From: Eledone cirrhosa | Taxonomy: Eukaryota | Reading direction: 5' to 3' | Length of the DNA: 64,000 nt | Assembly (NCBI GenBank): GCA_964016885.1 | Contig: OZ024752.1 | Span: 13,454,001 to 13,518,000, forward strand | Part shown: positions 12,468 to 25,729 of the stretch, in pieces | Layout of the letters: each line of letters starts with the position of its first letter | Numbering within the stretch: the stretch's first letter is position 1 | Program-made: the position numbers and the translations under genes | The notes under the pieces: generated by a model | Seen by the model: only the letters and a program-made list of their open reading frames with translations | What the model was told of the DNA's origin: nothing | Database searches by the model: none

Positions 12468-12853
12468 TAAATGAAGTAATTCCGTCGGAAAAGTCCAGGA
12501 AAAAAGAGTGCTCTATGTAGGTAACAGAGCTTAATAGTTATGTAATAAACAACATAAGGCAATTATTTCATTTATTCATTTCATTCTTTTAACGACTTGT
12601 TCGATTTTATCTATAAGCATTTTGGTATAAGTTGTGTTGGAAGGAGTAGGTATATTTTTGATTGAATAATCCAATTGATAAAGGTCCATGGTGTATGTTG
12701 GACCTTTATGAATTGGATTATTCAATCAAAAATATACCTACTCCTTCCAACACAACTTATACCAAAATGCTTATAGATAAAATCGAACAAGTCGTTAAAA
12801 GAATGAGATGAATAAATGGAATAATTGCCTTATGTCGTTTATTACATAACTAT
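12468..12853 (-). mobile_element. Fold-back insert (hairpin 12535-12853) sharing its terminus with 45387-45489
   Basis: Near-perfect inverted arms of ~154 bp around an 11-nt loop. The first ~100 bp match 45387-45489. Confidence 0.8.
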
Positions 12854-12860
12854 ATGGTAT

Positions 12861-12919
<59 letters not shown>

Positions 12920-12985
12920 TCCACCTGGTTGTGGTGGGGCTGATAAGGTTGTTAGAACTCACTATATCCTAGAAAGGTAGTTTAG

Positions 12986-13116
12986 TGTTTCTGAGGAAGA
13001 CGGTCGATCAAACAGGAACTTCGAGACTAGTAATATGTAGTAACTTAGCCACTACAATGCTGGTCGATACATCGATCTCAACCGTTCAATCGACCCTCTG
13101 AAATGATCGTAAAACA
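12986..13116 (+). ncRNA. Type I hammerhead ribozyme with enlarged stem II
   Basis: Stem I tgttt/aaaca, CTGAGGA 12991-12997, stem II aga-c-ggtcgat/atcgacc-c-tct, GAAA 13100-13103, tgatcg, UA. Confidence 0.8.
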
Positions 13117-13361
13117 ATCAACTAACTCTCTACCTACACCTGACTTTTGTTTTTATTGTTCAAAGAATCGTACGCACACACACACATTTAGTCCAATGTT
13201 CTTTTTAAAAAAATTGTAATAATACCACTTACGATAAAAGAATTTAAACATCGAACTTCCTTTGAAGAAATCTGTGTCAAGACATTTCGATAACGGGCTA
13301 TTGTACAAAGTCTAACTTATTTATTTTCTTTAATCTCTCTATATATACAATCTAACTTGTT

Positions 13362-13430
<69 letters not shown>

Positions 13431-13453
13431 CCTCTCTCTCTCTCTCTCTCGCC

Positions 13454-13470
<17 letters not shown>

Positions 13471-13491
<21 letters not shown>

Positions 13492-14541
13492 CTCTGTTCG
13501 TATGCATTCTCTAACGGCTGGACCAAGTCAAATCAAATTTTATAAGGTATTAGACCTCAGGAGTGTCAACATGTAATTTTTATTTTCATTTGGATTAAAA
13601 CAATATACAATTTTATCTAAAATAATATTTTTATAGTCAACTATACTAACCCCACCACCACCACCACCACGGCGTCACATTTTGTATATGAGTGTGTATG
13701 TGTCTGTGTGTGTGTGTGTGTTTGTGCGTTCGTTATGTACGTTATTCCTCAGAGAATTAAACAGACACACACACATCTACATTTACATACTCATAATGTG
13801 TGTGAGTGTATGTGAGTGTATGTGAGTGTATGTGTCTGTCTTAGTATATGTATGTGAATGTATGTTAGAGTGTATGTGAGAATGTATGTGTGTATGTGTG
13901 TTGATTGACATAACAATATTTTCTTTAGTCAACTATAGTAAACAACGACGACGACGTAACATTTTGTATATGAGTGTTTATGAGTCTGCGTGTGTGTGTG
14001 TGTGTGTGTGTTTGCGAATTCGTGGCGTACTTTTTGCCTCAGAGAATTGAAGACACACACATCTCCACATACAGATACATGTGTGATGACAGACAGGTGT
14101 GCGTGAATGTATGTCTGTAAGTGTGTCTTAGTATATGTATGTGAGAGGGTATGTGTGTGTATGAGTGCATGTGTGTGTCAGTGTATGTGTGATAATTTTT
14201 ATTTTCACTTGGCTTAAAACAATAGAAAACAACACGTCACATTTTGTATATAAATATGTATGTGTCTGTGAGTGTGTGTTTGCGCGTTCATTAAGGATGT
14301 TATTAAATACACACACACATCTACACATACATGGATTACACAATGAATATTGTTTACCCTAAGGTCCTTCAAGATTGACAGATTTTCATTTCTAAATTCA
14401 TTAAAATTTTGATTTAAAAAAAAATAAAATATAGATATTTTGAAATAATTATGAGAAAAAAGAACATATCTTCATATTTATTGTTTACTAATCTGAATAA
14501 GAACAGCAGTAACCCGGGCAACGCTGAGTAATTCAGCTATA
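13471..14541 (+). mobile_element. Decayed non-autonomous Helitron-like element with internal ~270-300 bp tandem units
   Basis: The 3' end cccgggcaacgctgagtaattcagctata resembles a hairpin-plus-CTAG terminus. Three related units start with cgtcacattttgtat (~13673, ~13955, ~14235). Confidence 0.5.
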
Positions 14542-14704
14542 CATTAATAAAACAAGTAATAATAGTTACGCCATTGATTTAATATTTTATCTTATATGAA
14601 ACTCAAACAAAAGATAAATTATTTTCAACCATTAATTTACATATCAACATGCTTGTTATCTTACACATGTTACATTCAGTGGTTTATATATACTTTATGA
14701 TAAG

Positions 14705-14850
14705 CGAAATAGCAGAGTCGTTAAGAAGTCGGATAAAATGCTTTACGTCCCACCTCATTGCGCGCTCTGAGTTCAAATCCCGCCAGAATCAACTTTGCCT
14801 TTCTTCCTTTCGAGCTCGATAAAAAAAAGTACCAGGCCAGTACTGGTCTC
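14705..14850 (+). mobile_element. SINE family A, diverged and 3'-truncated
   Basis: gagttcaaatcccgccagaatcaactttgcctttcttcctttcgagctcgataaaa. Confidence 0.8.
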
Positions 14851-15210
14851 GATTCTTCCTCTATAGAAAAAATTGGCAGTGTTCAGACCTGGAGAGGGTT
14901 GGGCTCCACTGCGAACTCAAAAGTAAAAAGGTATAAAAATAATAAATAAGCGTGCACATACATATATATATATATACATGGCATAGACACAAGCGTATAA
15001 ACGCACTAGTCTGCGAACATATAAGTACGCAAATACATACATACATCATCATCATTATCATCGTTTAACGTCTATCTTCCACGCTAGCATGGGTTTAGAC
15101 GGGTTTATACATATATATATATACGCATACATATACTTACAAACATATATGTATAGATGAATATGCACACATACCCACACATACAAACACACAAACACAC
15201 AAACACAAGA

Positions 15211-15253
<43 letters not shown>

Positions 15254-15308
15254 AACAAATATACACAAATATACACGGGTGTGTATGATTATGTATAGAA
15301 GATTATAT

Positions 15309-15515
15309 TAATAAAAGGAATTCCAACAATTGAAAATTGCAAACTTGACTGTCACCACAGTATATGAACCTGAAGATTGCGAAGGCATGAAAGTACTTGT
15401 TCAATTAACACTTAACATTTAATATTCTACCATACTATTTCATTCTAATATCATTATAATTTTAAAGGATTGTAAATAAAACGAGTAAATCAGACAAAGT
15501 TGGAATTCCTTTTAT

Positions 15516-15517
<2 letters not shown>
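15309..15517 (+). mobile_element. 209-bp insert with 19-bp terminal inverted repeats and a hammerhead
   Basis: taataaaaggaattccaac (15309-15327) / gttggaattccttttatta (15499-15517), followed by (TA)n. Confidence 0.75.
15365..15403 (+). ncRNA. Minimal type I hammerhead ribozyme
   Basis: tgaac CTGAAGA t-tgc-gaag-gca-t GAAA gtac TT gttca. Confidence 0.8.
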
Positions 15518-15583
<66 letters not shown>

Positions 15584-16439
15584 GTACATAAACGTTAACA
15601 CTGCGAACTCATAAGTAGAAAAATAAATAAATAAATACGCGTGCACATACATATATATGACATAGACACAAGTGTATAAACACACTAGTCTGTGAACATA
15701 TACATACGCAAATACATACGCAAATACATTACGCAAATACATTAATCAAAATTAATTCTGTACTAAATTATTTATGAGGTCAACTTTGCATCTTATCATT
15801 CGAAATCGATAGAAAAAAAGTCCCATTCTAGTATTGGGGCCGATTTTACCTCTATATCTATATCTCACTACCATTCTCTCACTTTCTACCTTTCTATGGA
15901 TGAAATTTGCTGTATTCATGCCTGGGGAGGAGATGGGACCCCCTGCCAGGTTTAAAAATGCCCTAGAAATGCCCTATTTCAACGCAGCGCCCATACAATT
16001 CCCTCGGGAGTTACGGGTCAATGTATGTCATGCAATGAATTGTGCCCCCCCCCCCCCCCCCCGACCCCCCCCACACACAGGCAGAGGCAGAGGCACACAC
16101 ACGAATGAATGACATGTCACTGACCAGTAATCTAGCTACGTGACCTCATCTGGACAAGAGAGTTTATTGACTGGCCCATCACGAAACACGTATTACCGGT
16201 TTATTCGTTTACATGTTTCATCCTGCAGTTGCCAAACACTTGAACTAACCTACAATCAGTAGACTACATACAAGTTCACATCCATCAACATATGTGTATA
16301 TACATATGTGTGTGTGTATACTATTTTCGAGAGAGAGAGAGAGAGTGTGTGCGTGTGTGTGTGCCTGTAGATGTACGTACACACACCCACACATATTTAG
16401 GTGAATGTGTGTGTACTATTTTTGAGAGAGAGAAAGAGA

Positions 16440-16481
<42 letters not shown>

Positions 16482-16686
16482 CTATAGATGTATTCACACA
16501 CACTCACATATATATATTTATGTGAGTGTGTGTGTGTGTGTGTGTTATTTTTGAGAGAGAGAGAAAGAGTGTGTGTGTGTGAACCTACAGATGTACACAC
16601 ACACTCATACACACTCACCCACACACACTCACACACACATATATATATGTCTATGTGAGTTGCTGTACATGGTAATGGTGTTGGAC

Positions 16687-16745
<59 letters not shown>

Positions 16746-17007
16746 AATATAAATTATCGAGAATCGTATTTCGGCCTATGAAATAACGAAAAACAACCTC
16801 CGAGATGTGTGGCAAGTGCTCAATGATTCAGATGAACCAGCGCTACAACAAACGTTAAAGGCCAAACACACTGAGACGATGGTTAAACGATCATCCGCAC
16901 AGCCAAAAAAAAACGACCAAGTAATTCGGGTCAAACAAATAAAATATATGTGATTGAAAATATATATAGGAATAACCAAAGAGTGCTTAGAAATACATTG
17001 TTTTATT

Positions 17008-17054
17008 AGCTAACAGTGTTTCATCCATATCCCATGGCAGGAATCATCAGAACC
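17008..17054 (-). ncRNA. Type I hammerhead ribozyme (inverted copy)
   Basis: Minus strand reads ggtt CTGATGA ttcc..gga-t GAAA cactg TT agct. Confidence 0.75.
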
Positions 17055-17295
17055 TATAAATAAGAGTATATCAATAGTTGCATGCTCCATCGAGCTGCGT
17101 CAACTGAACAAGGTTAAAGAACCAATTTTAATTTCTGATGTAATTTTTAAAGACATTTTATGACATTATGTGCATCATGTATTCTGTCTTTTTCCATATA
17201 GCGCTGGCCTCGAGACCCCCCTTGCTGGTCCTTTAACCTTGTTCTGGTGACGCAGCTCGATGGAGCATGCAACTATTGATATACTCTTGTTTATA

Positions 17296-17342
17296 GGCTC
17301 TGACGATTCCTGCCATGGGATATGGATGAAACACTGTTAGCT
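17296..17342 (+). ncRNA. Type I hammerhead ribozyme
   Basis: ggct CTGACGA ttcc..gga-t GAAA cactg TT agct. Confidence 0.8.
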
Positions 17343-17707
17343 AATAAAACAATGTATTTCTAAGCACTCTTTGGTTATCCCTATAACTATAACGGCTCTC
17401 TAGTATACTAGTTATCCTATATTGAGCTAAAACCACACTGTCATACCAAGGGCAATATATCTGCGTGTCTGGGCATATTGATATATTTGTCAACGAAACT
17501 ATATATATATATATATATGTAGATAAATCTACCAAGAGTTTACGGTAGTGTCCAATCCGTATGAAGAACTCAATGTATTCCGGATATCATGGAAAGAAGA
17601 GATGTAATGAAAATCCAATTTCGGTGAAAGATAAACGGTATACAGAGTCAAGATAAAATATTAAACAAATAATGAACAAACAATTCCTTATATTAAACAA
17701 AAAAAGT

Positions 17708-17860
17708 TCACTATTTAACGATCGTTTCTAGGGTATATATGTGTTATAATTGGTATGCATATTTAACAGATCTATGTACAAAATTATACAAAATTATACA
17801 AATTATCAAGATTAAATATACATACCTAACTCATATATACGCCGTCTTCAGAAATAATGA
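17708..17860 (-). ncRNA. Type I hammerhead ribozyme (left arm of palindrome)
   Basis: Reverse complement of 26916-27068. Confidence 0.8.
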
Positions 17861-18620
17861 AGTATATTTATTGATAATAACAACAATTCAAAATATCAGT
17901 TCAAAATTGACCAATGAAAACACAAAGGGTTAAAAAGCAGTTTGGTGTGTGTATATACATGTAAAACCCTACACACATTTTACAATAATGTGTGTATAAT
18001 TTGTATGTGCATACTAAAAAGATGGATGCAAATAAAAAATTTCAAGGTTAATATCTCTGTAAGCTTAATGCGCTGATAAGATACGCAATGATACTTATGG
18101 AGTCAAGCATATAAATATATTTTTTTCATACTCACACATATCAGTATAATCACACATACATGTGCGTATATATATAAATATACACATAACCACGAACACA
18201 CAAACACACACACTCCCCCACTCACATTTATATATGTGGATATAAAATCATAAGCAAATAGAAATTAAGTCACTCACATAAACACACTGGTACACACATT
18301 TCAAGATCAAGATACAGAAATTAGGTGGGAGGGGGGGGGAGGGGTCAGTATTAGGTTGTCAGACCAGACAGCCTAATATAAATGTATCTATAAATTATGA
18401 AAAATAAAAAAATAATAAAAACAATAAAATATATTACATATAATATAATGTACATACGCATACAGATATACATACACATACATACATGTACGCGCACATA
18501 GAGATATCCACACATACATACCTATACTGTCATACACACACATACATTTACACGAACATACACATACACATATAAAAAGATAAAAATACGGACACACACA
18601 CGCGCAACACATACACACAT

Positions 18621-18669
<49 letters not shown>

Positions 18670-18790
18670 TATACACACACACATAGACTCATATATATAT
18701 ACATACACATACATATACTTATACACAAACATATATATCCCACACTCATACCACCATGAAAACACATACAAACATCCAGATGTATACATA

Positions 18791-18821
<31 letters not shown>

Positions 18822-19038
18822 CAATATACACACACGTACACATATATGCATATATACATACACATATACACACATACACATATATATATACACACACACA
18901 TAAAATACAGACATGCACATATATATATATATATATATATATTTCATTACTCTTATATATACACATAGTATATATACATACACAACCTCACTTATACACA
19001 TATACACATAAGTTATATTACAATAATAATAAAGAATA

Positions 19039-19069
<31 letters not shown>

Positions 19070-19208
19070 TATACACACATATACACATATACATACACAT
19101 ACATACATATACATACATACATACACATACATACATACACCTAAATATAAACATATATAAATACACACATACGAATAAAGACATATATTCACACATAGAC
19201 ACCTATAT

Positions 19209-19248
<40 letters not shown>

Positions 19249-19276
19249 ATATACACACACATACACATACATACAC

Positions 19277-19308
<32 letters not shown>

Positions 19309-19337
19309 GCACACACATACAGACACACATACACACT

Positions 19338-19372
<35 letters not shown>

Positions 19373-21099
19373 ATGTGAGTGTGCGCAAATACATATATAT
19401 ATATACACACACACACATACAAACACACACAAACACATACATATGCATACGTGCACACACACACACATATATCACATAGATACGAAGATAAACATATAAA
19501 TAGAGAGACATACAAATATATACAGAACCCATATACACATACATACAAACACGCATATACATATATATACATATATACACACATATATATTCCTATATAC
19601 AAGCATACACATACACACACATATATACATATACATACACATATATATACCACACATTCACATACACGTACATATATAATACATATATATACATATATAT
19701 ACATACATATGTATGTACAATCATATATACACACTCAATCTTACATTCATATTTACATGCTCATATATGTATTTTTATATTTAGAAATAAATACCAAAAA
19801 AACTATATAGACACCCATCTACACATATATTCATACATATACACTTACAAAAACAGATGATAATAGTATGGGGGAAAGGGGGGGGGTTTGGAGAAGGGGA
19901 TCAAAGTAAATATATGTTTCAAGAAACCTATAATATTTTCCATATCTTAATTCAATGTATGTTCTTACATATTTTCAGTGCTAGGAAATACGAAATCTAT
20001 GCATCACAAAATAAAAAAGTATACCATTAATCATATGTCAACTAAACCAAAGATAGTCAACATATTGATTTCCAAGGTGTAAATTAGTTAGGTTTATAAT
20101 ATTTGAAGCAGAATTATGAAGTCAAACAGTAGTAGATTATTAATTACATTATAACTAAATTAAAGTTAATAACGTTATGGTATCAATATTAGGAGATGAA
20201 TTTAGTAATAGGGAAAAGAAACCCAAATAAAAATAAAATAAAGTATTACATCGGTAGTAGCATATAAATTATATGTTAACTAAGTTAAAAATTATATATT
20301 TATTTCAATAGTATATGTTAATTAGTATATGTTAATTAGGTATACAATACATAAAGCAGATATTGTATTTCATCAATAGCATAATATAATTATATGCAAA
20401 TAAAAATCAAAATTAATACGCATACATATACATATACATACACATACACATACATATACATATACATACACATATATATATATATATATATACATATATA
20501 TACACATACATACATATATAGTCACATAAATATACATACAGATACACATACAATACACACATATACATATACATATAGATATACATATCTTTTTCAAAAA
20601 ATTTGCACAGAATATATTAACTAGGTATATATCCAAAAACACCTCCCATTCTATGATTACATGAAATTCTGCAATTCGTCTGTACAAGGATACTAATTTT
20701 AAGCAAATTAAAATTAAAATTAAAGTTTTAGGTTGATTAAAGCTAAAACCAAATAATAAATATATTTCCAAAATGTATATTAATTAGGTCAATAATACTA
20801 AAAATTCTTTCTCCGTCATAGGATACATGATATTATTTTGTTATATTTTATCTGTAAAAGAATTATAATAAAAAAAAATTATAATAAAAGGTTAAACTAA
20901 ATTAAAAAATTATAATAAAAGGTTAAAATAAGTTAAAATTAATCTATAAATTAAATTACTGAATATATATTAGTAATATTTAAAGGTTTTTCAAAATTAA
21001 TGATTACATAATATTTTCTCATCTGTAATAAAATATTAATTAAATTAAATTTATAGGTTAACTAACATTTAAATTAAATTAAATTCTAGAATAATGTTA

Positions 21100-22374
21100 T
21101 TAATTAGGTTTATAATATTTAAATGTTTTTTTTAATTTATGATTACACGATATAATTAATTCCTGTCTTTTATTTAATAAGATATCCCTAGACTTCATTA
21201 TTTCAAATAGTTCTTGGGAACATAATCTACATTCCTTTCTATTATTTTGATAAGGGGTGGCTCTTTTGAGCACACTCCAGGTCAAATCATATTTTATATT
21301 TTTATTTTTATAACTATTGATTTTTTCTGCTAGAGATGTTGTATTAGCCAGTGCGGCATTTTTAAAGCTATGTTTGTGGGTATTATACCTTGTCTTAAAA
21401 TTGTTAGAGGTAGCTCCTATATATGAGCAAATAGAATCTTTAGTTTTAACATTACATTTATAGACTATGTTGTTAACAAGACAATTCCCTTTTAATGGGC
21501 AGTTTGTTTTGTTTCTACAGTTACATCCTTTCGTTAATTCTGTATTTGAGGAGATATTATTGTTAATTTGATGTACTGGTGGTATACTTATAGTTTTCTT
21601 ACATTTATATGCATTATATGCACTTATATTTTGTTTTATGTTATTTGTTGTAGAATATGAGAATTTAACTGTAGACCTATTTAAGATTTGATGGTATTTG
21701 TGGTTTGGCGGGAAGTTTTTCTCAAGGATATAAAAAAATTTTTTAGCAATATTATCCTTAACTTGTAAATTAAAAGGAGCATTATACCAAGTAACTCGTC
21801 TATTACGGTTTCTATGTTGTTTATTATTTTTATTATTTTTATATGTTGTATCATGATTTTTACTAGGAGGAATAATGTTAATGATCTCACCACAACTATT
21901 TTTAGTTATATTTGTAGATTTAGGTGTTTTATCTTTTTTATTAGGAGTTTTATTATTAATATTTATTATAGTCTTATGATGAGTAGTTTTTTGAGGGTTA
22001 CTATACTTTATATTAGAAGATTTAGTATTTTGGGGTATACTGTGGGTGGCATTTAGGTGTGTACTTTTCATTTGGTGTTTGTTGGTAATATTATGCTGTA
22101 TGTTTTCAGTATTTTTAGTAGAAGTTATATACTCTAATCTATTTTTGTGGCCACTTCTATCTAGAGCTTCATTATAAAAGGTCGCATTTTTATCAAATAC
22201 ATCTTGGTTAGAAGAAAGGTTAGAAATTCTAAGTGATATATTATATGCAAGGTTTTTAAGGATAGATTTAGGGTGATTAGATTGTGAGTGTATGTAATGT
22301 AAGTTTTGGTTAGGTTTATGGTAAGGTTGGTATATACCCGTAGCTAAATCTAAAGTTATATCTAGGAAATTTAC
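21100..22374 (-). CDS. Penelope-like RT C-terminus/thumb plus GIY-YIG endonuclease, 5'-truncated (left arm)
   Basis: Mirror copy of 22394-23668. The frame is open from the palindrome centre. Confidence 0.88.
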   Translation of the reverse strand, partial: VNFLDITLDLATGIYQPYHKPNQNLHYIHSQSNHPKSILKNLAYNISLRISNLSSNQDVFDKNATFYNEALDRSGHKNRLEYITSTKNTENIQHNITNKHQMKSTHLNATHSIPQNTKSSNIKYSNPQKTTHHKTIININNKTPNKKDKTPKSTNITKNSCGEIINIIPPSKNHDTTYKNNKNNKQHRNRNRRVTWYNAPFNLQVKDNIAKKFFYILEKNFPPNHKYHQILNRSTVKFSYSTTNNIKQNISAYNAYKCKKTISIPPVHQINNNISSNTELTKGCNCRNKTNCPLKGNCLVNNIVYKCNVKTKDSICSYIGATSNNFKTRYNTHKHSFKNAALANTTSLAEKINSYKNKNIKYDLTWSVLKRATPYQNNRKECRLCSQELFEIMKSRDILLNKRQELIISCNHKLKKTFKYYKPN

Positions 22375-22393
22375 TTTTAGTAAATTACTATTA

Positions 22394-23668
22394 GTAAATT
22401 TCCTAGATATAACTTTAGATTTAGCTACGGGTATATACCAACCTTACCATAAACCTAACCAAAACTTACATTACATACACTCACAATCTAATCACCCTAA
22501 ATCTATCCTTAAAAACCTTGCATATAATATATCACTTAGAATTTCTAACCTTTCTTCTAACCAAGATGTATTTGATAAAAATGCGACCTTTTATAATGAA
22601 GCTCTAGATAGAAGTGGCCACAAAAATAGATTAGAGTATATAACTTCTACTAAAAATACTGAAAACATACAGCATAATATTACCAACAAACACCAAATGA
22701 AAAGTACACACCTAAATGCCACCCACAGTATACCCCAAAATACTAAATCTTCTAATATAAAGTATAGTAACCCTCAAAAAACTACTCATCATAAGACTAT
22801 AATAAATATTAATAATAAAACTCCTAATAAAAAAGATAAAACACCTAAATCTACAAATATAACTAAAAATAGTTGTGGTGAGATCATTAACATTATTCCT
22901 CCTAGTAAAAATCATGATACAACATATAAAAATAATAAAAATAATAAACAACATAGAAACCGTAATAGACGAGTTACTTGGTATAATGCTCCTTTTAATT
23001 TACAAGTTAAGGATAATATTGCTAAAAATTTTTTTTATATCCTTGAGAAAAACTTCCCGCCAAACCACAAATACCATCAAATCTTAAATAGGTCTACAGT
23101 TAAATTCTCATATTCTACAACAAATAACATAAAACAAAATATAAGTGCATATAATGCATATAAATGTAAGAAAACTATAAGTATACCACCAGTACATCAA
23201 ATTAACAATAATATCTCCTCAAATACAGAATTAACGAAAGGATGTAACTGTAGAAACAAAACAAACTGCCCATTAAAAGGGAATTGTCTTGTTAACAACA
23301 TAGTCTATAAATGTAATGTTAAAACTAAAGATTCTATTTGCTCATATATAGGAGCTACCTCTAACAATTTTAAGACAAGGTATAATACCCACAAACATAG
23401 CTTTAAAAATGCCGCACTGGCTAATACAACATCTCTAGCAGAAAAAATCAATAGTTATAAAAATAAAAATATAAAATATGATTTGACCTGGAGTGTGCTC
23501 AAAAGAGCCACCCCTTATCAAAATAATAGAAAGGAATGTAGATTATGTTCCCAAGAACTATTTGAAATAATGAAGTCTAGGGATATCTTATTAAATAAAA
23601 GACAGGAATTAATTATATCGTGTAATCATAAATTAAAAAAAACATTTAAATATTATAAACCTAATTAA
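22394..23668 (+). CDS. Penelope-like RT C-terminus/thumb plus GIY-YIG endonuclease, 5'-truncated (right arm)
   Basis: The frame is open upstream of the listed ATG: VNFLDITLDL..PYHKPN..YIHSQSNHP. It continues WYNAPF..KNFPPNHKYHQILNRSTVKFSYS, CNCRNKTNCPLKGNC, IVY..YIG..FKTRYNTH, CRLC..E..LLNKRQELIISCNH. The Naiad-like clade call is from memory of these motifs. Confidence 0.9.
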   Translation, partial: VNFLDITLDLATGIYQPYHKPNQNLHYIHSQSNHPKSILKNLAYNISLRISNLSSNQDVFDKNATFYNEALDRSGHKNRLEYITSTKNTENIQHNITNKHQMKSTHLNATHSIPQNTKSSNIKYSNPQKTTHHKTIININNKTPNKKDKTPKSTNITKNSCGEIINIIPPSKNHDTTYKNNKNNKQHRNRNRRVTWYNAPFNLQVKDNIAKNFFYILEKNFPPNHKYHQILNRSTVKFSYSTTNNIKQNISAYNAYKCKKTISIPPVHQINNNISSNTELTKGCNCRNKTNCPLKGNCLVNNIVYKCNVKTKDSICSYIGATSNNFKTRYNTHKHSFKNAALANTTSLAEKINSYKNKNIKYDLTWSVLKRATPYQNNRKECRLCSQELFEIMKSRDILLNKRQELIISCNHKLKKTFKYYKPN

Positions 23669-25395
23669 TAACATTATTCTAGAATTTAATTTAATTTAAA
23701 TGTTAGTTAACCTATAAATTTAATTTAATTAATATTTTATTACAGATGAGAAAATATTATGTAATCATTAATTTTGAAAAACCTTTAAATATTACTAATA
23801 TATATTCAGTAATTTAATTTATAGATTAATTTTAACTTATTTTAACCTTTTATTATAATTTTTTAATTTAGTTTAACCTTTTATTATAATTTTTTTTTAT
23901 TATAATTCTTTTACAGATAAAATATAACAAAATAATATCATGTATCCTATGACGGAGAAAGAATTTTTAGTATTATTGACCTAATTAATATACATTTTGG
24001 AAATATATTTATTATTTGGTTTTAGCTTTAATCAACCTAAAACTTTAATTTTAATTTTAATTTGCTTAAAATTAGTATCCTTGTACAGACGAATTGCAGA
24101 ATTTCATGTAATCATAGAATGGGAGGTGTTTTTGGATATATACCTAGTTAATATATTCTGTGCAAATTTTTTGAAAAAGATATGTATATCTATATGTATA
24201 TGTATATGTGTGTATTGTATGTGTATCTGTATGTATATTTATGTGACTATATATGTATGTATGTGTATATATATGTATATATATATATATATATATGTGT
24301 ATGTATATGTATATGTATGTGTATGTGTATGTATATGTATATGTATGCGTATTAATTTTGATTTTTATTTGCATATAATTATATTATGCTATTGATGAAA
24401 TACAATATCTGCTTTATGTATTGTATACCTAATTAACATATACTAATTAACATATACTATTGAAATAAATATATAATTTTTAACTTAGTTAACATATAAT
24501 TTATATGCTACTACCGATGTAATACTTTATTTTATTTTTATTTGGGTTTCTTTTCCCTATTACTAAATTCATCTCCTAATATTGATACCATAACGTTATT
24601 AACTTTAATTTAGTTATAATGTAATTAATAATCTACTACTGTTTGACTTCATAATTCTGCTTCAAATATTATAAACCTAACTAATTTACACCTTGGAAAT
24701 CAATATGTTGACTATCTTTGGTTTAGTTGACATATGATTAATGGTATACTTTTTTATTTTGTGATGCATAGATTTCGTATTTCCTAGCACTGAAAATATG
24801 TAAGAACATACATTGAATTAAGATATGGAAAATATTATAGGTTTCTTGAAACATATATTTACTTTGATCCCCTTCTCCAAACCCCCCCCTTTCCCCCATA
24901 CTATTATCATCTGTTTTTGTAAGTGTATATGTATGAATATATGTGTAGATGGGTGTCTATATAGTTTTTTTGGTATTTATTTCTAAATATAAAAATACAT
25001 ATATGAGCATGTAAATATGAATGTAAGATTGAGTGTGTATATATGATTGTACATACATATGTATGTATATATATGTATATATATGTATTATATATGTACG
25101 TGTATGTGAATGTGTGGTATATATATGTGTATGTATATGTATATATGTGTGTGTATGTGTATGCTTGTATATAGGAATATATATGTGTGTATATATGTAT
25201 ATATATGTATATGCGTGTTTGTATGTATGTGTATATGGGTTCTGTATATATTTGTATGTCTCTCTATTTATATGTTTTATCTTCGTATCTATGTGATATA
25301 TGTGTGTGTGTGTGCACGTATGCATATGTATGTGTTTGTGTGTGTTTGTATGTGTGTGTGTGTATATATATATATGTATTTGCGCACACTCACAT

Positions 25396-25430
<35 letters not shown>

Positions 25431-25459
25431 AGTGTGTATGTGTGTCTGTATGTGTGTGC

Positions 25460-25491
<32 letters not shown>

Positions 25492-25519
25492 GTGTATGTA
25501 TGTGTATGTGTGTGTATAT

Positions 25520-25559
<40 letters not shown>

Positions 25560-25698
25560 ATATAGGTGTCTATGTGTGAATATATGTCTTTATTCGTATG
25601 TGTGTATTTATATATGTTTATATTTAGGTGTATGTATGTATGTGTATGTATGTATGTATATGTATGTATGTGTATGTATATGTGTATATGTGCGTATA

Positions 25699-25729
<31 letters not shown>

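Larger units (their letters stand above)
16963..17500 (+). mobile_element. Inverted-repeat insert with a hammerhead in each arm
   Basis: ~16965-17125 is the reverse complement of ~17226-17385. Ends in (TA)n. Confidence 0.8.

Noticed and set aside
16755-16900. Minus-strand ggcct..aggcc-GAAA-tacga-TT
   Set aside because: No CUGANGA box upstream of the putative stem II.
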